Source: a virus. From it: a DNA stretch of 64,000 nucleotides. The stretch covers positions 6,143 to 70,142 of IMG/VR virus record IMGVR_UViG_3300046010_008569; one strand, 5' to 3'. A program made the translations under genes and the position numbers. Shown in pieces: positions 1 through 10,010 of this stretch (the stretch's first letter is position 1; every line of letters begins with the position of its first letter). Below the pieces are notes generated by a model. It searched no databases, was not told the DNA's origin, and saw nothing but the letters and a program-made list of their open reading frames with translations.

Positions 1-298
1 GCGGGCCACCTTGCCCCCGCTGCGCCATAAGAGCAGCTACGCCTGAAGAGATCGGATCACCGGGCGCCGGAGTTTGAGGAGACGGAGTCATGGCCTGTAG
101 GGCCATATTCTCGATCACAGTCGGCTGATTGACCTGACCTTGTGGGGCGGGCTTGGCGCGGTTGCGCTTCTCGATCTCAGAGATCGCAGCGTACTGGATA
201 TTGGGATCGCCACCGCTTGGATTGCGGGCGAGTTGTACCAATTCCGGCACACTCATCGTGCCGATCATGCGGTCGATGTTACCAGCGGGTCCGAACAT
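1..298 (-). CDS. 5' part of a probable internal virion/ejection protein (runs off the window)
   Basis: ATG at 298, just after the stop of 301..1275; open frame MFGPAGNIDRMIGTMSVPELVQ... to the window edge; not in the ORF track. Confidence 0.55.
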   Translation of the reverse strand, partial: MFGPAGNIDRMIGTMSVPELVQLARNPSGGDPNIQYAAISEIEKRNRAKPAPQGQVNQPTVIENMALQAMTPSPQTPAPGDPISSGVAALMAQRGQGGP

Positions 299-300
299 GA

Positions 301-1275
301 TTAGCCACCGCCTCCGCCGCCACCTTGGCCACCCATGGCGTTAAACAGACCGGCAGCACCGATGCCCAAGCCGAGCATCTGCGAATAAGGATTGACCTCG
401 GTCGTGTTCACCACGTTGCTGTTCGCGCCAGTGACGTTGCCGCGGATGATGTTGTTGTACCAAGTGATGTTGTTGCGGTTGTAATCGCGCTGGTTGACGA
501 AGTCGTTGTAACCCTGATCGAGCGAGGCTTGCGTCAGGCGCTCTTGCGCCAGGGCGGCTTCATTCAATGCACCAATGCCGCGAAGCTCTTCCGAGCGGCG
601 CGCTGTGCCTTGGTTGTAGAACTGATTACCGATGCCGGCGAGGCCTTCAGCTTGTTGCAGGTCTCCTGTAAAATCGAAGCGACGTGAACCATCAAGCCGG
701 TTCTCGTCTTGATTGAACTGACCGTATGCAGTGTCGTAGCCCTTCATCAGGGTGTCTGCGATAGTCGAGTTCAGGCCAAGCTGGTTCTGGCCGAAGGCCA
801 CACCTTCCTCGACGCCTTGGCGGTATCCGCCAAAGGCGCCTGACTGCATCTTGCGCGCGTCTCGAGCGACGCGCTCCTTGCCGTAGGTGTCCGCAGCGCG
901 AGCCGTCATGGCATCAAGCACTTGCCTCATATACGGGTTCATGTACTGATCCGCCGTCGCCGCGTCCCAGCGCTGCGTCAACGGATCGTAATTGGCTCCA
1001 GCCGCCCCGATGGCGGCTAGGCCGGTAGTGGCGTCACCAGCATTAAACTGGTCTTGACCTACATTCTCAAGGTTGCGGGTCTGCTCAAAAGCTTGCAGCC
1101 GGTCGTCGCTGAACGGCGCAATACGCGGGCCAGTGTACGCCTCATACGGGCGATACGCCTCACCTCTAGCCGAGGTGAGCGCTTCATCAACAAACGGATA
1201 GAACTCCTCCGGAACACTGAACGTGGTGTTCTGGACTTGTTGTGTACCGCTGTTACCGCCGCTCTTGCCGCCCAA
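301..1275 (-). CDS. Putative internal virion / DNA ejection protein
   Basis: G/Q/N/A-rich, begins MGGKSGG, hydrophobic Gly-rich C-terminus; lies downstream of tail genes as podoviral pilot proteins do. Confidence 0.5.
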   Translation of the reverse strand: MGGKSGGNSGTQQVQNTTFSVPEEFYPFVDEALTSARGEAYRPYEAYTGPRIAPFSDDRLQAFEQTRNLENVGQDQFNAGDATTGLAAIGAAGANYDPLTQRWDAATADQYMNPYMRQVLDAMTARAADTYGKERVARDARKMQSGAFGGYRQGVEEGVAFGQNQLGLNSTIADTLMKGYDTAYGQFNQDENRLDGSRRFDFTGDLQQAEGLAGIGNQFYNQGTARRSEELRGIGALNEAALAQERLTQASLDQGYNDFVNQRDYNRNNITWYNNIIRGNVTGANSNVVNTTEVNPYSQMLGLGIGAAGLFNAMGGQGGGGGGG

Positions 1276-1705
1276 CTGGACACTCCAAGGTCACTAGACC
1301 TGTTCGCTTAAAGCCAAACTTAGCTAGATACCTTTCCCATTCCGGTCTGCCGGCCGGCACGACCCTGAGGGAGCATCCGTTCTCCTGAGCATAGGCCTCA
1401 GTGACCAGATTCATCTTGGCGATCCACTCCTTCATGGAGCCATGCTCGCCAGCCAGCGCGATCAACTCGAGAGTCTTGCAGCGCCAGAACGAAGTAACCT
1501 TAGTGACCAAGACTGCGACCAGAGGGTCTCCGTCTCGATCCGTATCGAATACACCCCAGAGAACTGCGTGACTTGCAATGCAATCGGACAGGAGGTCCGA
1601 CACCTTGCCGCGAGGCTCTAAGAGATACTCGACTTCCTTTAGATACTTCGTAGCTGTTGCCAGATGGTTCACGATATGTTCTGGTGGGATGATAGAGAGA
1701 AACAT
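1253..1705 (-). CDS. Hypothetical protein, possibly GNAT-like fold
   Basis: 150 aa ending GRPEWERYLAKFGF; this type of gene often sits among podoviral ejection genes. Confidence 0.4.
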   Translation of the reverse strand: MFLSIIPPEHIVNHLATATKYLKEVEYLLEPRGKVSDLLSDCIASHAVLWGVFDTDRDGDPLVAVLVTKVTSFWRCKTLELIALAGEHGSMKEWIAKMNLVTEAYAQENGCSLRVVPAGRPEWERYLAKFGFKRTGLVTLECPVGRQERR

Positions 1706-1714
1706 AAGGTCCTC

Positions 1715-2731
1715 TTAGAGGGTTATTTTACCTGGACGCCTTGCCTGCTTAGCGCTGCCGTAGGACTGGGTTCTGATCTTGTCCATAGCGCTATGTAAGC
1801 GCTTAGCGCCGGCTTCGGTACTGCCGGCCCCCAGGGCCGCTACCACATCGGCGGAGATGACAAACTCGCCATCAGATAAGAGGATTGGTTGTTTACCAGG
1901 ACCTTCAGCCGGGATGTTATCGCTTTGGCCATCGCCAGGGCCTTTGAGCAAACCGCCTCCAGCGTATGCATCACCCTCTTCCATACCGAAGAGACGGCGC
2001 ATCAGGCGCTCGCGCGTGCTCCCGCCGCCGCTGCGCCCAGGCCGAGCTTCCGGCAGGTCTGGAATGCTACCATCAGGATTGCGCTGGAGACCCGGGTTGT
2101 CGAAGAACATCTTCTCGCCCTCGTACTGCCCATAACGATACGGATTGTCGGGCGTGAATCCATCATTGCGGGTGTACGTGCTAGGACCCGGTGGAGGTTG
2201 GCCAGTGAACGGCATGACGTTCCGGTCTATCGTCTCATGGCGATCAGCGAACGGCTCGCTCTTGCGCTTCTCCTGCTCCTGCATTTCAGGTGGCATGAGA
2301 GAGCTCGAAAGAGCAGAGACCATCAGGCCTGAGGTCACTGGCTTGCGGCGAAGGAAGTCGATACCCGCTTGGACGACGCCACCGCCCGGCTTCGCAGCGG
2401 CGGCTAGAGCGGGGTTAGAAGCGCCCTGCATCAGAGCGCCCATGCCATGAGGGACCGCACCAGCGACGCCCTGAGCCATGCCTTGGCCCAGTCCTTGCGC
2501 CACGCCTGGCGCCGCATTGAGAGCGCTGGCGCCAGCAGAGGCTGCGTTAGAAGCGGCAGCTGCGTGCGTGCCGACATCTGCAACTGCCTTGGCTCCACCA
2601 GCAGCGCCACCGAGGGCGCCTGCGATGCCGCCAATGCCAGCGCCGAGAAGGCCTGACATCAGGCCTTTCTTGAAATCACCAGTCGCGGCCCAGGTTCCCA
2701 GGCCGCTAATGAGGGGCATCAACCAAAACAT
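1715..2731 (-). CDS. Putative internal virion protein
   Basis: Hydrophobic Gly/Ala-rich N-terminus; C-terminal GGLLKGPGDGQSDNIPA...LSDGEFV motif seen in phage virion proteins. Confidence 0.55.
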   Translation of the reverse strand: MFWLMPLISGLGTWAATGDFKKGLMSGLLGAGIGGIAGALGGAAGGAKAVADVGTHAAAASNAASAGASALNAAPGVAQGLGQGMAQGVAGAVPHGMGALMQGASNPALAAAAKPGGGVVQAGIDFLRRKPVTSGLMVSALSSSLMPPEMQEQEKRKSEPFADRHETIDRNVMPFTGQPPPGPSTYTRNDGFTPDNPYRYGQYEGEKMFFDNPGLQRNPDGSIPDLPEARPGRSGGGSTRERLMRRLFGMEEGDAYAGGGLLKGPGDGQSDNIPAEGPGKQPILLSDGEFVISADVVAALGAGSTEAGAKRLHSAMDKIRTQSYGSAKQARRPGKITL

Positions 2732-2955
2732 TAGGTCACTAAACCCTTAAGCCAGGAGACAAACATACCGCTAACACCGGCGATGAATGCCGCAATGGCG
2801 TAGACGCGGGCCTCCAAGCGGGCCAGCCCAGTCTTCATCTCGACCATATCTCGAGGTGTTATCACCTCAAGCTGCGACTCTATCCGATTGGTCGCCTCAA
2901 CGTTAGCCTTGAGGCTTTGCTCAATGGCTAAGAGTCTGTCTTCGATGGTAGTCAT
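2731..2955 (-). CDS. Small coiled-coil protein with C-terminal TM helix (holin-like?)
   Basis: Heptad-like N-terminus followed by VYAIAAFIAGVSGMFVSWL; coupled to neighbouring genes. Confidence 0.5.
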   Translation of the reverse strand: MTTIEDRLLAIEQSLKANVEATNRIESQLEVITPRDMVEMKTGLARLEARVYAIAAFIAGVSGMFVSWLKGLVT

Positions 2956-3180
2956 TTAGGCCACTTTTACCGTACCGGAGTCGTTCCATAAGCTTCCGCT
3001 CGGCAGGCCAGCAGAAGAAGTCGGGAGGTCTGTTATCCGGACTGTCTTCGCGGTGACTGAGCCTATAGTATTAAGTCTTTGTATGAAATTTTCAAGTTCA
3101 GAGACAATAGAGTCCATCCAAACTTGGTTGTATTCTTCCGGCGCGGAAGACAGTATAGGCTTCTGTGCTGGCAGGCTCAT
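2956..3180 (-). CDS. Hypothetical virion-module protein
   Basis: Translationally coupled ORF with LPTSSAGLPSGSLWND motif. Confidence 0.6.
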   Translation of the reverse strand: MSLPAQKPILSSAPEEYNQVWMDSIVSELENFIQRLNTIGSVTAKTVRITDLPTSSAGLPSGSLWNDSGTVKVA

Positions 3181-5042
3181 CGGGCGCCATCCTGAATTAC
3201 TTCAATTTGCGGTACGCCAAGCTGCCAGGCCACATCTTTCTCTGTGCAATCAAGCCTCAAGGACATGAACCTTGCTCGTTTCTTGACATCAATCTTGTCC
3301 GTGAACTCCTCGACCGGGAGAGTCACAGAACGAATGACATCGCCAACTTCGGCCAAAACATCGGCCGAGCCTGGTTTGTCTTGAAGGCGGATGGACATCG
3401 TGACGCCCGGGCTTGCAGCTGTGGAACCATCGAAGGCCACATCGGGCCAGAAGCCGCGGATACGGTATTGGTACTTGCCGTTCCCGCCGATGGGGAACAG
3501 GCCAGTCTCGATGAAGGAGTTGAGCGGCAGGCTCGGATTCTCCGAGCCGTCATTCAAGCCAGACTCATGCTCATAGATGTAACCGTTCTCATCAGCGCCG
3601 CGGGGCTTGCGCTGAGAGCCGGCCGCTTCCGTCCATGCGGTACGGGACAGCGTACCTGGCGCCCAAGTGCGATCCTTGACGTTGTAGATGATGACGCTGT
3701 CAATCTCATCGGACGAGTTCGAGCAATAGAAGAACTTCAGTTCACCAAACTCAGGGTTAACGCCAATGTGCGCCTTCGATGCTTGAGAGCGGTTCATCCG
3801 GCTATAGATGTACTGCGTCAGAGCAGACGGCAGTTCAGCCACTGAACCGCTGTAGCTGAAGACGCCTCGCGTCGCCATCCAGTAAAGAGCGCCGTCATAG
3901 GCGGCGGCTGCTCTCGGGCCGAGGATGTGTACCTTGTCAGCGATCATACGCTGGCCCCAGTCGCCATCACCAAGCGGCTGGAGAAGGTACAGGGCTCGAT
4001 CAGTGAAGGTCGCAATACCCTGCTTGATCTTCACGGCGATCATGTGCTTGGAGCCGACAGACAGACGAAGACCGCCCGCTGTTGTTGACGCGGTCGGTTC
4101 CCATTCAACCAAGCTCTCTCGATCAGCCCAACGCACCATCAACGGATCGGCGGTAGATGAACCGATTGGATTGCACCCGAAGACAAACAGAGTGCGTTCA
4201 TCAGTTGCGACCAGTATCTGGTCGGCAACAGTCGGAACTTCGTTAGCGCTGCCGAGACTAGAGATAAGTACAGCCCTGCCGGCGCCAGCGCTCACATCCT
4301 TGTAGTAGAGACCGCCACCCCTCGGATTGAAGACGAGGTCTTCGCCGAAGTTATCCTGCGACCAGAGGCGAAGTTGCGAGCCTTCTACTAGCGTTGCGTA
4401 TGCTGAGCCCCAGGTGCCGCGGCCCCAAGGGCCAGCACCCCAACCGCCACCAAGAGCGGTTGTGTCTAGACCAGTCGATATCTGATAAGCGGCAACAACG
4501 CTAGCGCCACCACCAGACGCTGACGAGCTCGCATTCGCGCCGACATCAATCGTGTAACTGTTGGCGTCAATAACACTGACGATCTGATGCTCATCATTGA
4601 ACACATCGGCGGCGATGCCGCCTATAGGACCTGTTGCGCCAGAGAAGGTGACGAAGTCATTGATCTCCGCGCCATGCGAAGTGTCAGTGACGGTGACGAT
4701 TGAGAGGCCGCTCGAGGTGGCGAACGGGTTGTTGTTGATCGTGCTCGATGAGCGGATGGGCGTGATATCCTCGAAGGACCCGCCTTGCTCAATGTAGTAT
4801 TTGAGGTGCGTGCCAACCGCCATGAGGTTGTAGCCGCTTAGCGACGACCACGCGAACAACGCACGCGGAACGCCAATCACTGCATCGCTGCTGATCTTTT
4901 CCCAGCCGCCGATGGAGCGCGGAAAACCATTGACGAAGCGGACATTGTCGCAGTCAAAATAGCTGCGGTCGCTAGCCCTGCGGCTAGCGTCCTTCACCAC
5001 TTGCGGTGAAAACTGGAGCGGGATTGGTTCGCTTGCTGCCAT
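3177..5042 (-). CDS. Tail nozzle / head-stabilisation protein (P22 gp10 / T7 gp12-like role)
   Basis: 621 aa, beta-rich, DCDNVRF near the N-terminus, W/D-rich blade-like segments; position in the tail module. Confidence 0.6.
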   Translation of the reverse strand: MAASEPIPLQFSPQVVKDASRRASDRSYFDCDNVRFVNGFPRSIGGWEKISSDAVIGVPRALFAWSSLSGYNLMAVGTHLKYYIEQGGSFEDITPIRSSSTINNNPFATSSGLSIVTVTDTSHGAEINDFVTFSGATGPIGGIAADVFNDEHQIVSVIDANSYTIDVGANASSSASGGGASVVAAYQISTGLDTTALGGGWGAGPWGRGTWGSAYATLVEGSQLRLWSQDNFGEDLVFNPRGGGLYYKDVSAGAGRAVLISSLGSANEVPTVADQILVATDERTLFVFGCNPIGSSTADPLMVRWADRESLVEWEPTASTTAGGLRLSVGSKHMIAVKIKQGIATFTDRALYLLQPLGDGDWGQRMIADKVHILGPRAAAAYDGALYWMATRGVFSYSGSVAELPSALTQYIYSRMNRSQASKAHIGVNPEFGELKFFYCSNSSDEIDSVIIYNVKDRTWAPGTLSRTAWTEAAGSQRKPRGADENGYIYEHESGLNDGSENPSLPLNSFIETGLFPIGGNGKYQYRIRGFWPDVAFDGSTAASPGVTMSIRLQDKPGSADVLAEVGDVIRSVTLPVEEFTDKIDVKKRARFMSLRLDCTEKDVAWQLGVPQIEVIQDGAR

Positions 5043-5506
5043 TAGCGGGTGATAGTAACCGATTGAATTAACGTGTTGCTATCTGCGTCATACAAATCAA
5101 CAGACACAAACTCACCAACAGCTAAGTTGCTGCCTCTTATCTGGATGTCGTCCATGTCCGAGAAAGTGACGATGCCGCCGTCCAGGACTACAGTTGGTCC
5201 AACGCCATCTTTAAAATACGACATCGTTCCCAGAGAGTCTTCCAGGTTCCTGAACTCAATATTCCCACTGTTCCCGACTGGAACTTCTACCTGCTGGACT
5301 GGGCCGTCTATTGTAACCGTAGTGCCGACTCTGCTGAGCGATCCGGTGATCGTGATCGGATCAACGCCGCTGCTTGGTTCGTAGAATCGCTTCCAAACAC
5401 CACTGACTTTAACCCATGCTCCAGACACGGTCTTCCAGGCGCCGCCGACCTTGACGGACGGCGTCGCTTCTTTCCAAGCTCCTCCAACTTTTATGTTGAA
5501 GGTCAT
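5042..5506 (-). CDS. Tail fibre-associated protein
   Basis: Three KV(G/S)G(A/V)WK repeats at the N-terminus. Confidence 0.5.
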   Translation of the reverse strand: MTFNIKVGGAWKEATPSVKVGGAWKTVSGAWVKVSGVWKRFYEPSSGVDPITITGSLSRVGTTVTIDGPVQQVEVPVGNSGNIEFRNLEDSLGTMSYFKDGVGPTVVLDGGIVTFSDMDDIQIRGSNLAVGEFVSVDLYDADSNTLIQSVTITR

Positions 5507-6396
5507 GCGGTATACTTCAAATGTATGTCGCCGTCAGAGCCACCAGATGGGTCTGAGGTCGAAACGGTGATCGTGCCGGTAACGCCAGTGTTTGCAGCGA
5601 ATGCTGTCAACTGCGCATCAAGCGGCTGATACGCCGCGGCGATTGCTGCCGGCGAGAGGAAGTCAGTGCCGGGCTCGAGATCGAGCAGACCTCGCATCGC
5701 GGCATAGTCTGCCGCGGAGACCAATGAAGCACCGTTCGCTGACGGATTGATCGTTGACCATTCCTCAAGGTTGGCGCTCAGCTTAACGGTCGTTCCATCG
5801 AACGAGATGCCACTGCCGGCGAGTGTGAAGAAGATCACATTGCCAGCACTGTCATCCCAGCCCATGAGGCCGTCAGCGCCAGGGTCGCTGAGGCTAGTTC
5901 CGGTGCCGCCATCAGCAAGGGCAACGTCAGTGCCACCAGCGGAGTAGACAGTGCCGCCACCAATGGTCGTTCCGGACGGCAGGTTGTTGATAGCATCGAC
6001 AACATTCGTGCCATCGCAATAGACCCACTGACGCTTACCGTTCGGGATAGTGATGCCGGTGCCAGCCGATGTCTTGACACGGATCGATTGACCGCCAGTC
6101 GTGTTGTTGTAGACCAAGTAGAACTTGGAGCCATCCGGAACGATGATGTCGCGCGTCGCGGTCAGCGACACGCCGGAGGTGATTTGCAGGATCGGCGGGC
6201 GAGCCTCGTCAGAGGCGCCGTTGCTGGCCGTGAGAGTCACATTGGCGTCTGAGGACATGGATATCGAGGAGACGCCAGCGATGGCCTCCTCTATCAAGGT
6301 GCCAAGGTTTTTGTTGGTCGTCGTCCCCCACAGGGCATCCTGCTCGCCATTAGTGATGAGCTCAAGCCGCAATCTGTTGGAATATGTGCTTGCCAT
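5503..6396 (-). CDS. Tail fibre-like protein
   Basis: MASTYS..LELI..GE...WG.TTN.N N-terminus; DVALADGGTG motif; T/S/G-rich. Confidence 0.6.
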   Translation of the reverse strand: MASTYSNRLRLELITNGEQDALWGTTTNKNLGTLIEEAIAGVSSISMSSDANVTLTASNGASDEARPPILQITSGVSLTATRDIIVPDGSKFYLVYNNTTGGQSIRVKTSAGTGITIPNGKRQWVYCDGTNVVDAINNLPSGTTIGGGTVYSAGGTDVALADGGTGTSLSDPGADGLMGWDDSAGNVIFFTLAGSGISFDGTTVKLSANLEEWSTINPSANGASLVSAADYAAMRGLLDLEPGTDFLSPAAIAAAYQPLDAQLTAFAANTGVTGTITVSTSDPSGGSDGDIHLKYTA

Positions 6397-6399
6397 CGC

Positions 6400-7005
6400 T
6401 TAAACTCTCTTTTCTCGCAGAACCCTATTCGCTATGACTAGATTTCTGCGCGCGGAAGCGCGCCCGGCTGCTCCGCGCCGACCGCCTAGTCCGGCCTTTA
6501 GCGGTGGATAGTCTTTGTTAAGATAAGTCCAGCTTACGCCGCACCTTGCTCTATTCAGTGACGCAAGAGAAATGCAATCAGAAATCCCTAGAACAGCAGC
6601 CAACTCGGCGGTTGGTATTTGCGCCGTCTCTGTTGATCTCAGATTTATGACATCTCTCTCTGATATCCTAGATGCTGGATGATCTTCTCCAGTAGATCGC
6701 TCTTCGTGGTCTGGAACGTCTCCGCCCCATGAACAGTTATATCCACCAAGACTTTTGTGCGTTTTCCGATCTTTGATCAACTCAACCTCGAGGTTCAGCA
6801 TGTCCTGGTGGGACAGGGCTGAGGCAATTGAGTTTATTGAAATTCTAGACGGACCATACTTCCTCATCGCTCTGTATAGGGGCGTGTTCTTTCTAAGGTT
6901 TCGGGCTGCATTGCGATGCTGCCCCCACCTCATACAGAGTAGTCTTTGAGAAGTAACCCCGATATACTTCTCGACCCCATCAAAACTGATTGCATAGATG
7001 ATCAC
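6400..7005 (-). CDS. GIY-YIG homing endonuclease
   Basis: IIYAISF...KYIGVT...RWGQH...E...GYN motifs; lower GC than flanks; probable GTG start at 7005 (track starts at 7038). Confidence 0.8.
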   Translation of the reverse strand: MIIYAISFDGVEKYIGVTSQRLLCMRWGQHRNAARNLRKNTPLYRAMRKYGPSRISINSIASALSHQDMLNLEVELIKDRKTHKSLGGYNCSWGGDVPDHEERSTGEDHPASRISERDVINLRSTETAQIPTAELAAVLGISDCISLASLNRARCGVSWTYLNKDYPPLKAGLGGRRGAAGRASARRNLVIANRVLREKRV

Positions 7006-7006
7006 T

Positions 7007-7432
7007 TTACCGGCGCATCCTGAAGATCGCGCTGTCATATCCAGCGACGGGAAACCTGACTGTAAATGTTTTATTGGAAGTTAGGCGGGCTAGGCCAAAA
7101 TTCAGGACCCAGATAGACTTGTTGCCTTTGCTGGAGTTGTAGATAAGCGCTCCAGCGATATCTGACAAAGTGGACGCCGGCCAGGCCGCGTCATTGAAGT
7201 CTGCGTAAACAGTGCCTTGTGAGACTTGAACCACCCCGCCAGTGAGCGTGGCTCCACCTGCGGTGTAGCCAGTTCCGCTAACCTCACCCGTTGCTGTATA
7301 GGAGGTCGTCTCCGGCCCCAGCGAAGCTGTGGACGTGTAGAGGGCTATCTTCAGGACATCGTCCTCAAGATCATGCACTGCTTGCCAGCTTTCCTTCAGA
7401 AAGCTATCGGTGGCTCCTTGTATGATCGCCAT
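7007..7432 (-). CDS. Virion structural protein
   Basis: KIALYTS...GEVSGTGYTAGG...GALIYN motif common in phage tail modules. Confidence 0.6.
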   Translation of the reverse strand: MAIIQGATDSFLKESWQAVHDLEDDVLKIALYTSTASLGPETTSYTATGEVSGTGYTAGGATLTGGVVQVSQGTVYADFNDAAWPASTLSDIAGALIYNSSKGNKSIWVLNFGLARLTSNKTFTVRFPVAGYDSAIFRMRR

Positions 7433-7629
7433 CAGTCGTTATCATCCACTTCAGTCCAGGTCTGGTTCGATCCAGACACTGGCGTCCAAGACTGCCCGCC
7501 TCCATCGACAGGAGACCAGGATTGGCTGCCTGCTCCGGGCTCATTGTCCCAACCCACTTCAAGCAAAAGGAAGCCCGTTCCATTCTCTAGTTGGAACAGG
7601 TCTCCATCTTCTTTCCTTAGAAACCTCAC
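7432..7629 (-). CDS. Hypothetical protein
   Basis: Coupled ORF with three Q(S/T)W(S/T) repeats. Confidence 0.55.
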   Translation of the reverse strand: MRFLRKEDGDLFQLENGTGFLLLEVGWDNEPGAGSQSWSPVDGGGQSWTPVSGSNQTWTEVDDND

Positions 7630-8162
7630 GGCCAGCCATCCTCGACGCTCACCGCGTCGATAGCTTGGATATCATCACCGGCCTGGACGATAAGAGAGGC
7701 TATGCTTTCCACGTTAGCGAAGCAGGCTTGGATATGAGCGCCAGCGCTCCGGCCGAGCGCCTGGAGCGTCGGGAGGTTGAGGGTGGCGAACTGACCACGA
7801 CTTACCTGCCAGCGCACTGACGGAGCTCCGGAGAGCTCTAGGTACTGGATGGCGCCGGAGATACGTTGCTGGGTTCCTTCATCCAGGTAGAAGGCGGCTC
7901 CGCTGAAACGGAACTCAGTCTCGGCGCGCTTGCGACGCTCCGAGAGTTCTGCGAATTTCTCAGACCGAGCATCAGCCGAGGTCCTCGTCGGCTGCACTAG
8001 TCGCGCGCGTGCGCGAGGGATAAAGCCACCGCCTGCATAGATGGCCCCAACCTCCATGCCTCGGCCGCACAGAACAAGACCCTCCGCTTCCTCATCATGG
8101 ATAGAGGCGATGGTTTTAACGGTCACGCCGTCGATCTGTTCTTCTTTGAGTTCAGCGTACAT
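7626..8162 (-). CDS. Tail fibre assembly-type protein (DUF4376-like)
   Basis: Follows the fibre gene; RR..E...G...W......F..L....L..L......H.QACF pattern. Confidence 0.55.
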   Translation of the reverse strand: MYAELKEEQIDGVTVKTIASIHDEEAEGLVLCGRGMEVGAIYAGGGFIPRARARLVQPTRTSADARSEKFAELSERRKRAETEFRFSGAAFYLDEGTQQRISGAIQYLELSGAPSVRWQVSRGQFATLNLPTLQALGRSAGAHIQACFANVESIASLIVQAGDDIQAIDAVSVEDGWP

Positions 8163-9178
8163 TATGCACCATAATAGAGCTTGACCGTGTAGCGCTCGAG
8201 CGTTAACGTGTCGGCGGAGTCAGCAAGCTGACCTGTAATCACGATTTCGGTTGCGCTTGAGGAATCTATCGACATCGTAGTTGGAGCGCTAACTGCGCCA
8301 GTGCCACCAGCCTGTCCTGTGGACAGGGATACTTGGGATGAGGCGCTGTTTCTATTGGAGAACGCTAGCAGGCGTCGTTGGGCGGCAACTGATGTTGGCG
8401 TGGCTGTGTCGAAGATAGTCCCGCCAGTCCCCGCGCCTGATGCGCCGAACCTTGTCCTAACCGTCTTCGTGCTAGCGTCATTAGTGCAGGACCACCCCTC
8501 ATCAAGCTCAACGAAGCCATTCGGGCCAAGTTCGCCAGCGGCTATGGGAATGGTGGCCAAAATGGTTTCTGATGTTGAGCCAGTCAGAACCGATGCAACG
8601 CCGCTATGACCAATCACACGGAGAAGCTGAAGGTTGGCCGCTGCCGCTCTGGCTGTACTACCGCCAGTGCCACCATCTGCAACGGCTACGTCAGTGCCGC
8701 CCGCGACATAGTACGAGGCACCATTGAGCGTCGGTGCGATCTTGAAATCGAGGACACCAGTTGAGCGCGTCACGCGGAAAATAAGATCGTTTAGGTTCCC
8801 TGCGTCGTCGTAGGAATAAAGGTCTAGGTTGCTGCCGGAATCGGCGCCAGACTCTGCGGTCTGGTTACGAAATAGACTCCATCGATGGATTCCATTACGC
8901 TCCCAGACAAGTTGGGCAACATTAGACCCATCAAGGTCTCCGATATGAACGCCGTCATTGAACGTCTGACGGGCTGGCCAATCCTGGGCGACATCTAGTT
9001 TCGCGGTGTCCGGATCGTAGGCTTGAACATCTTCACCGATGACGAGATCGGCCGTGCAGTAAGCCTTGGTCGCGCTAAGAGTGATCTTGACGTTACCCGC
9101 GCTCTGAACTGCGGGGTACACTTCCGAGCCAGTTAGGGTTCCGGCTGGGTCAAGCTGACTGATCTTCTGGTCGGCCAT
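8162..9178 (-). CDS. Tail fibre protein
   Basis: MADQKISQL N-terminus; DVAVADGGTG motif shared with 5503..6396. Confidence 0.6.
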   Translation of the reverse strand: MADQKISQLDPAGTLTGSEVYPAVQSAGNVKITLSATKAYCTADLVIGEDVQAYDPDTAKLDVAQDWPARQTFNDGVHIGDLDGSNVAQLVWERNGIHRWSLFRNQTAESGADSGSNLDLYSYDDAGNLNDLIFRVTRSTGVLDFKIAPTLNGASYYVAGGTDVAVADGGTGGSTARAAAANLQLLRVIGHSGVASVLTGSTSETILATIPIAAGELGPNGFVELDEGWSCTNDASTKTVRTRFGASGAGTGGTIFDTATPTSVAAQRRLLAFSNRNSASSQVSLSTGQAGGTGAVSAPTTMSIDSSSATEIVITGQLADSADTLTLERYTVKLYYGA

Positions 9179-9804
9179 TAAACGGTCGCATCATTCGGGC
9201 GCTTGCTGCGCTCTTTGAACTCGTCAGATTTGACACGTAAAGTGCCATAGATGGTCAAACCTGACAGGGCATCCTTGTAGCTCTCGTTGTCTGCAAGGAT
9301 GACGTTGTCATCCTGACGCATGAAGAGATCGGCCTCAATCTTGGCTGCGTAGTACAGAGCCCGGTGGGCATTATCGCCAAGCCAAGTCGTGCCGGCCGTG
9401 ACGATACTTTCCGGCTGCCGCGTGTAGCGCAGTTCGCAAGCATAGATGGCGGCTGGCGTCGGGCCAAGGATGAGGCTATTCTCATCCCACTGAGCGTAGT
9501 AGATCGGAGTCCCTGCCGCGGTCCCTGTCGGATAGCATTCTGCGATCCAATCGACCTGCTTCGGAAGAAGCAGGCGCCCATTAACGATCAGGTAATGGGA
9601 GTACAGGTAGCCGTCTGGAACCGACAGGAAACGGCTCGACGGTGAGGTCGAGGCCGAGTCTGTCTGGTGAAACGCAGGAAGGTCAATGTCACGAAGAATA
9701 CGCTCCTCAGCTCTCTTGAAGAACTCAGGAATGGCGGCGACGAACGCCGCCTCCTCGTATTCGCAGCCCTCTTTGAGGGCGGTGACTAACTCGGTGTAGT
9801 TCAC
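9178..9804 (-). CDS. Head-tail adaptor-like protein
   Basis: MNY.EL...AEERI.R...GTP.YYA...LGPTP...Y pattern of podoviral adaptors. Confidence 0.55.
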   Translation of the reverse strand: MNYTELVTALKEGCEYEEAAFVAAIPEFFKRAEERILRDIDLPAFHQTDSASTSPSSRFLSVPDGYLYSHYLIVNGRLLLPKQVDWIAECYPTGTAAGTPIYYAQWDENSLILGPTPAAIYACELRYTRQPESIVTAGTTWLGDNAHRALYYAAKIEADLFMRQDDNVILADNESYKDALSGLTIYGTLRVKSDEFKERSKRPNDATV

Positions 9805-9998
9805 ACCTGCGGCTCCTGGCGGCAGATCACGCTATAAGCACGGATGTTCTGATCTTGCGGTACGGCATTAATGATGGATTGACCGGCCTGCTGGAGGCAT
9901 TGAGTCGAGCTCTCATAGCGGACCTCTGAGCGGAACACGCGCTCTTCCAGTTGACCTTCGGGGCTGAGGAAGAGTACGACAATAAACGCAAACCACAT
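9801..9998 (-). CDS. Small secreted/membrane protein
   Basis: Hydrophobic N-terminus, two Cys, AGGAG RBS. Confidence 0.55.
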   Translation of the reverse strand: MWFAFIVVLFLSPEGQLEERVFRSEVRYESSTQCLQQAGQSIINAVPQDQNIRAYSVICRQEPQV

Positions 9999-10010
9999 GG
10001 TCCGTCTCCT

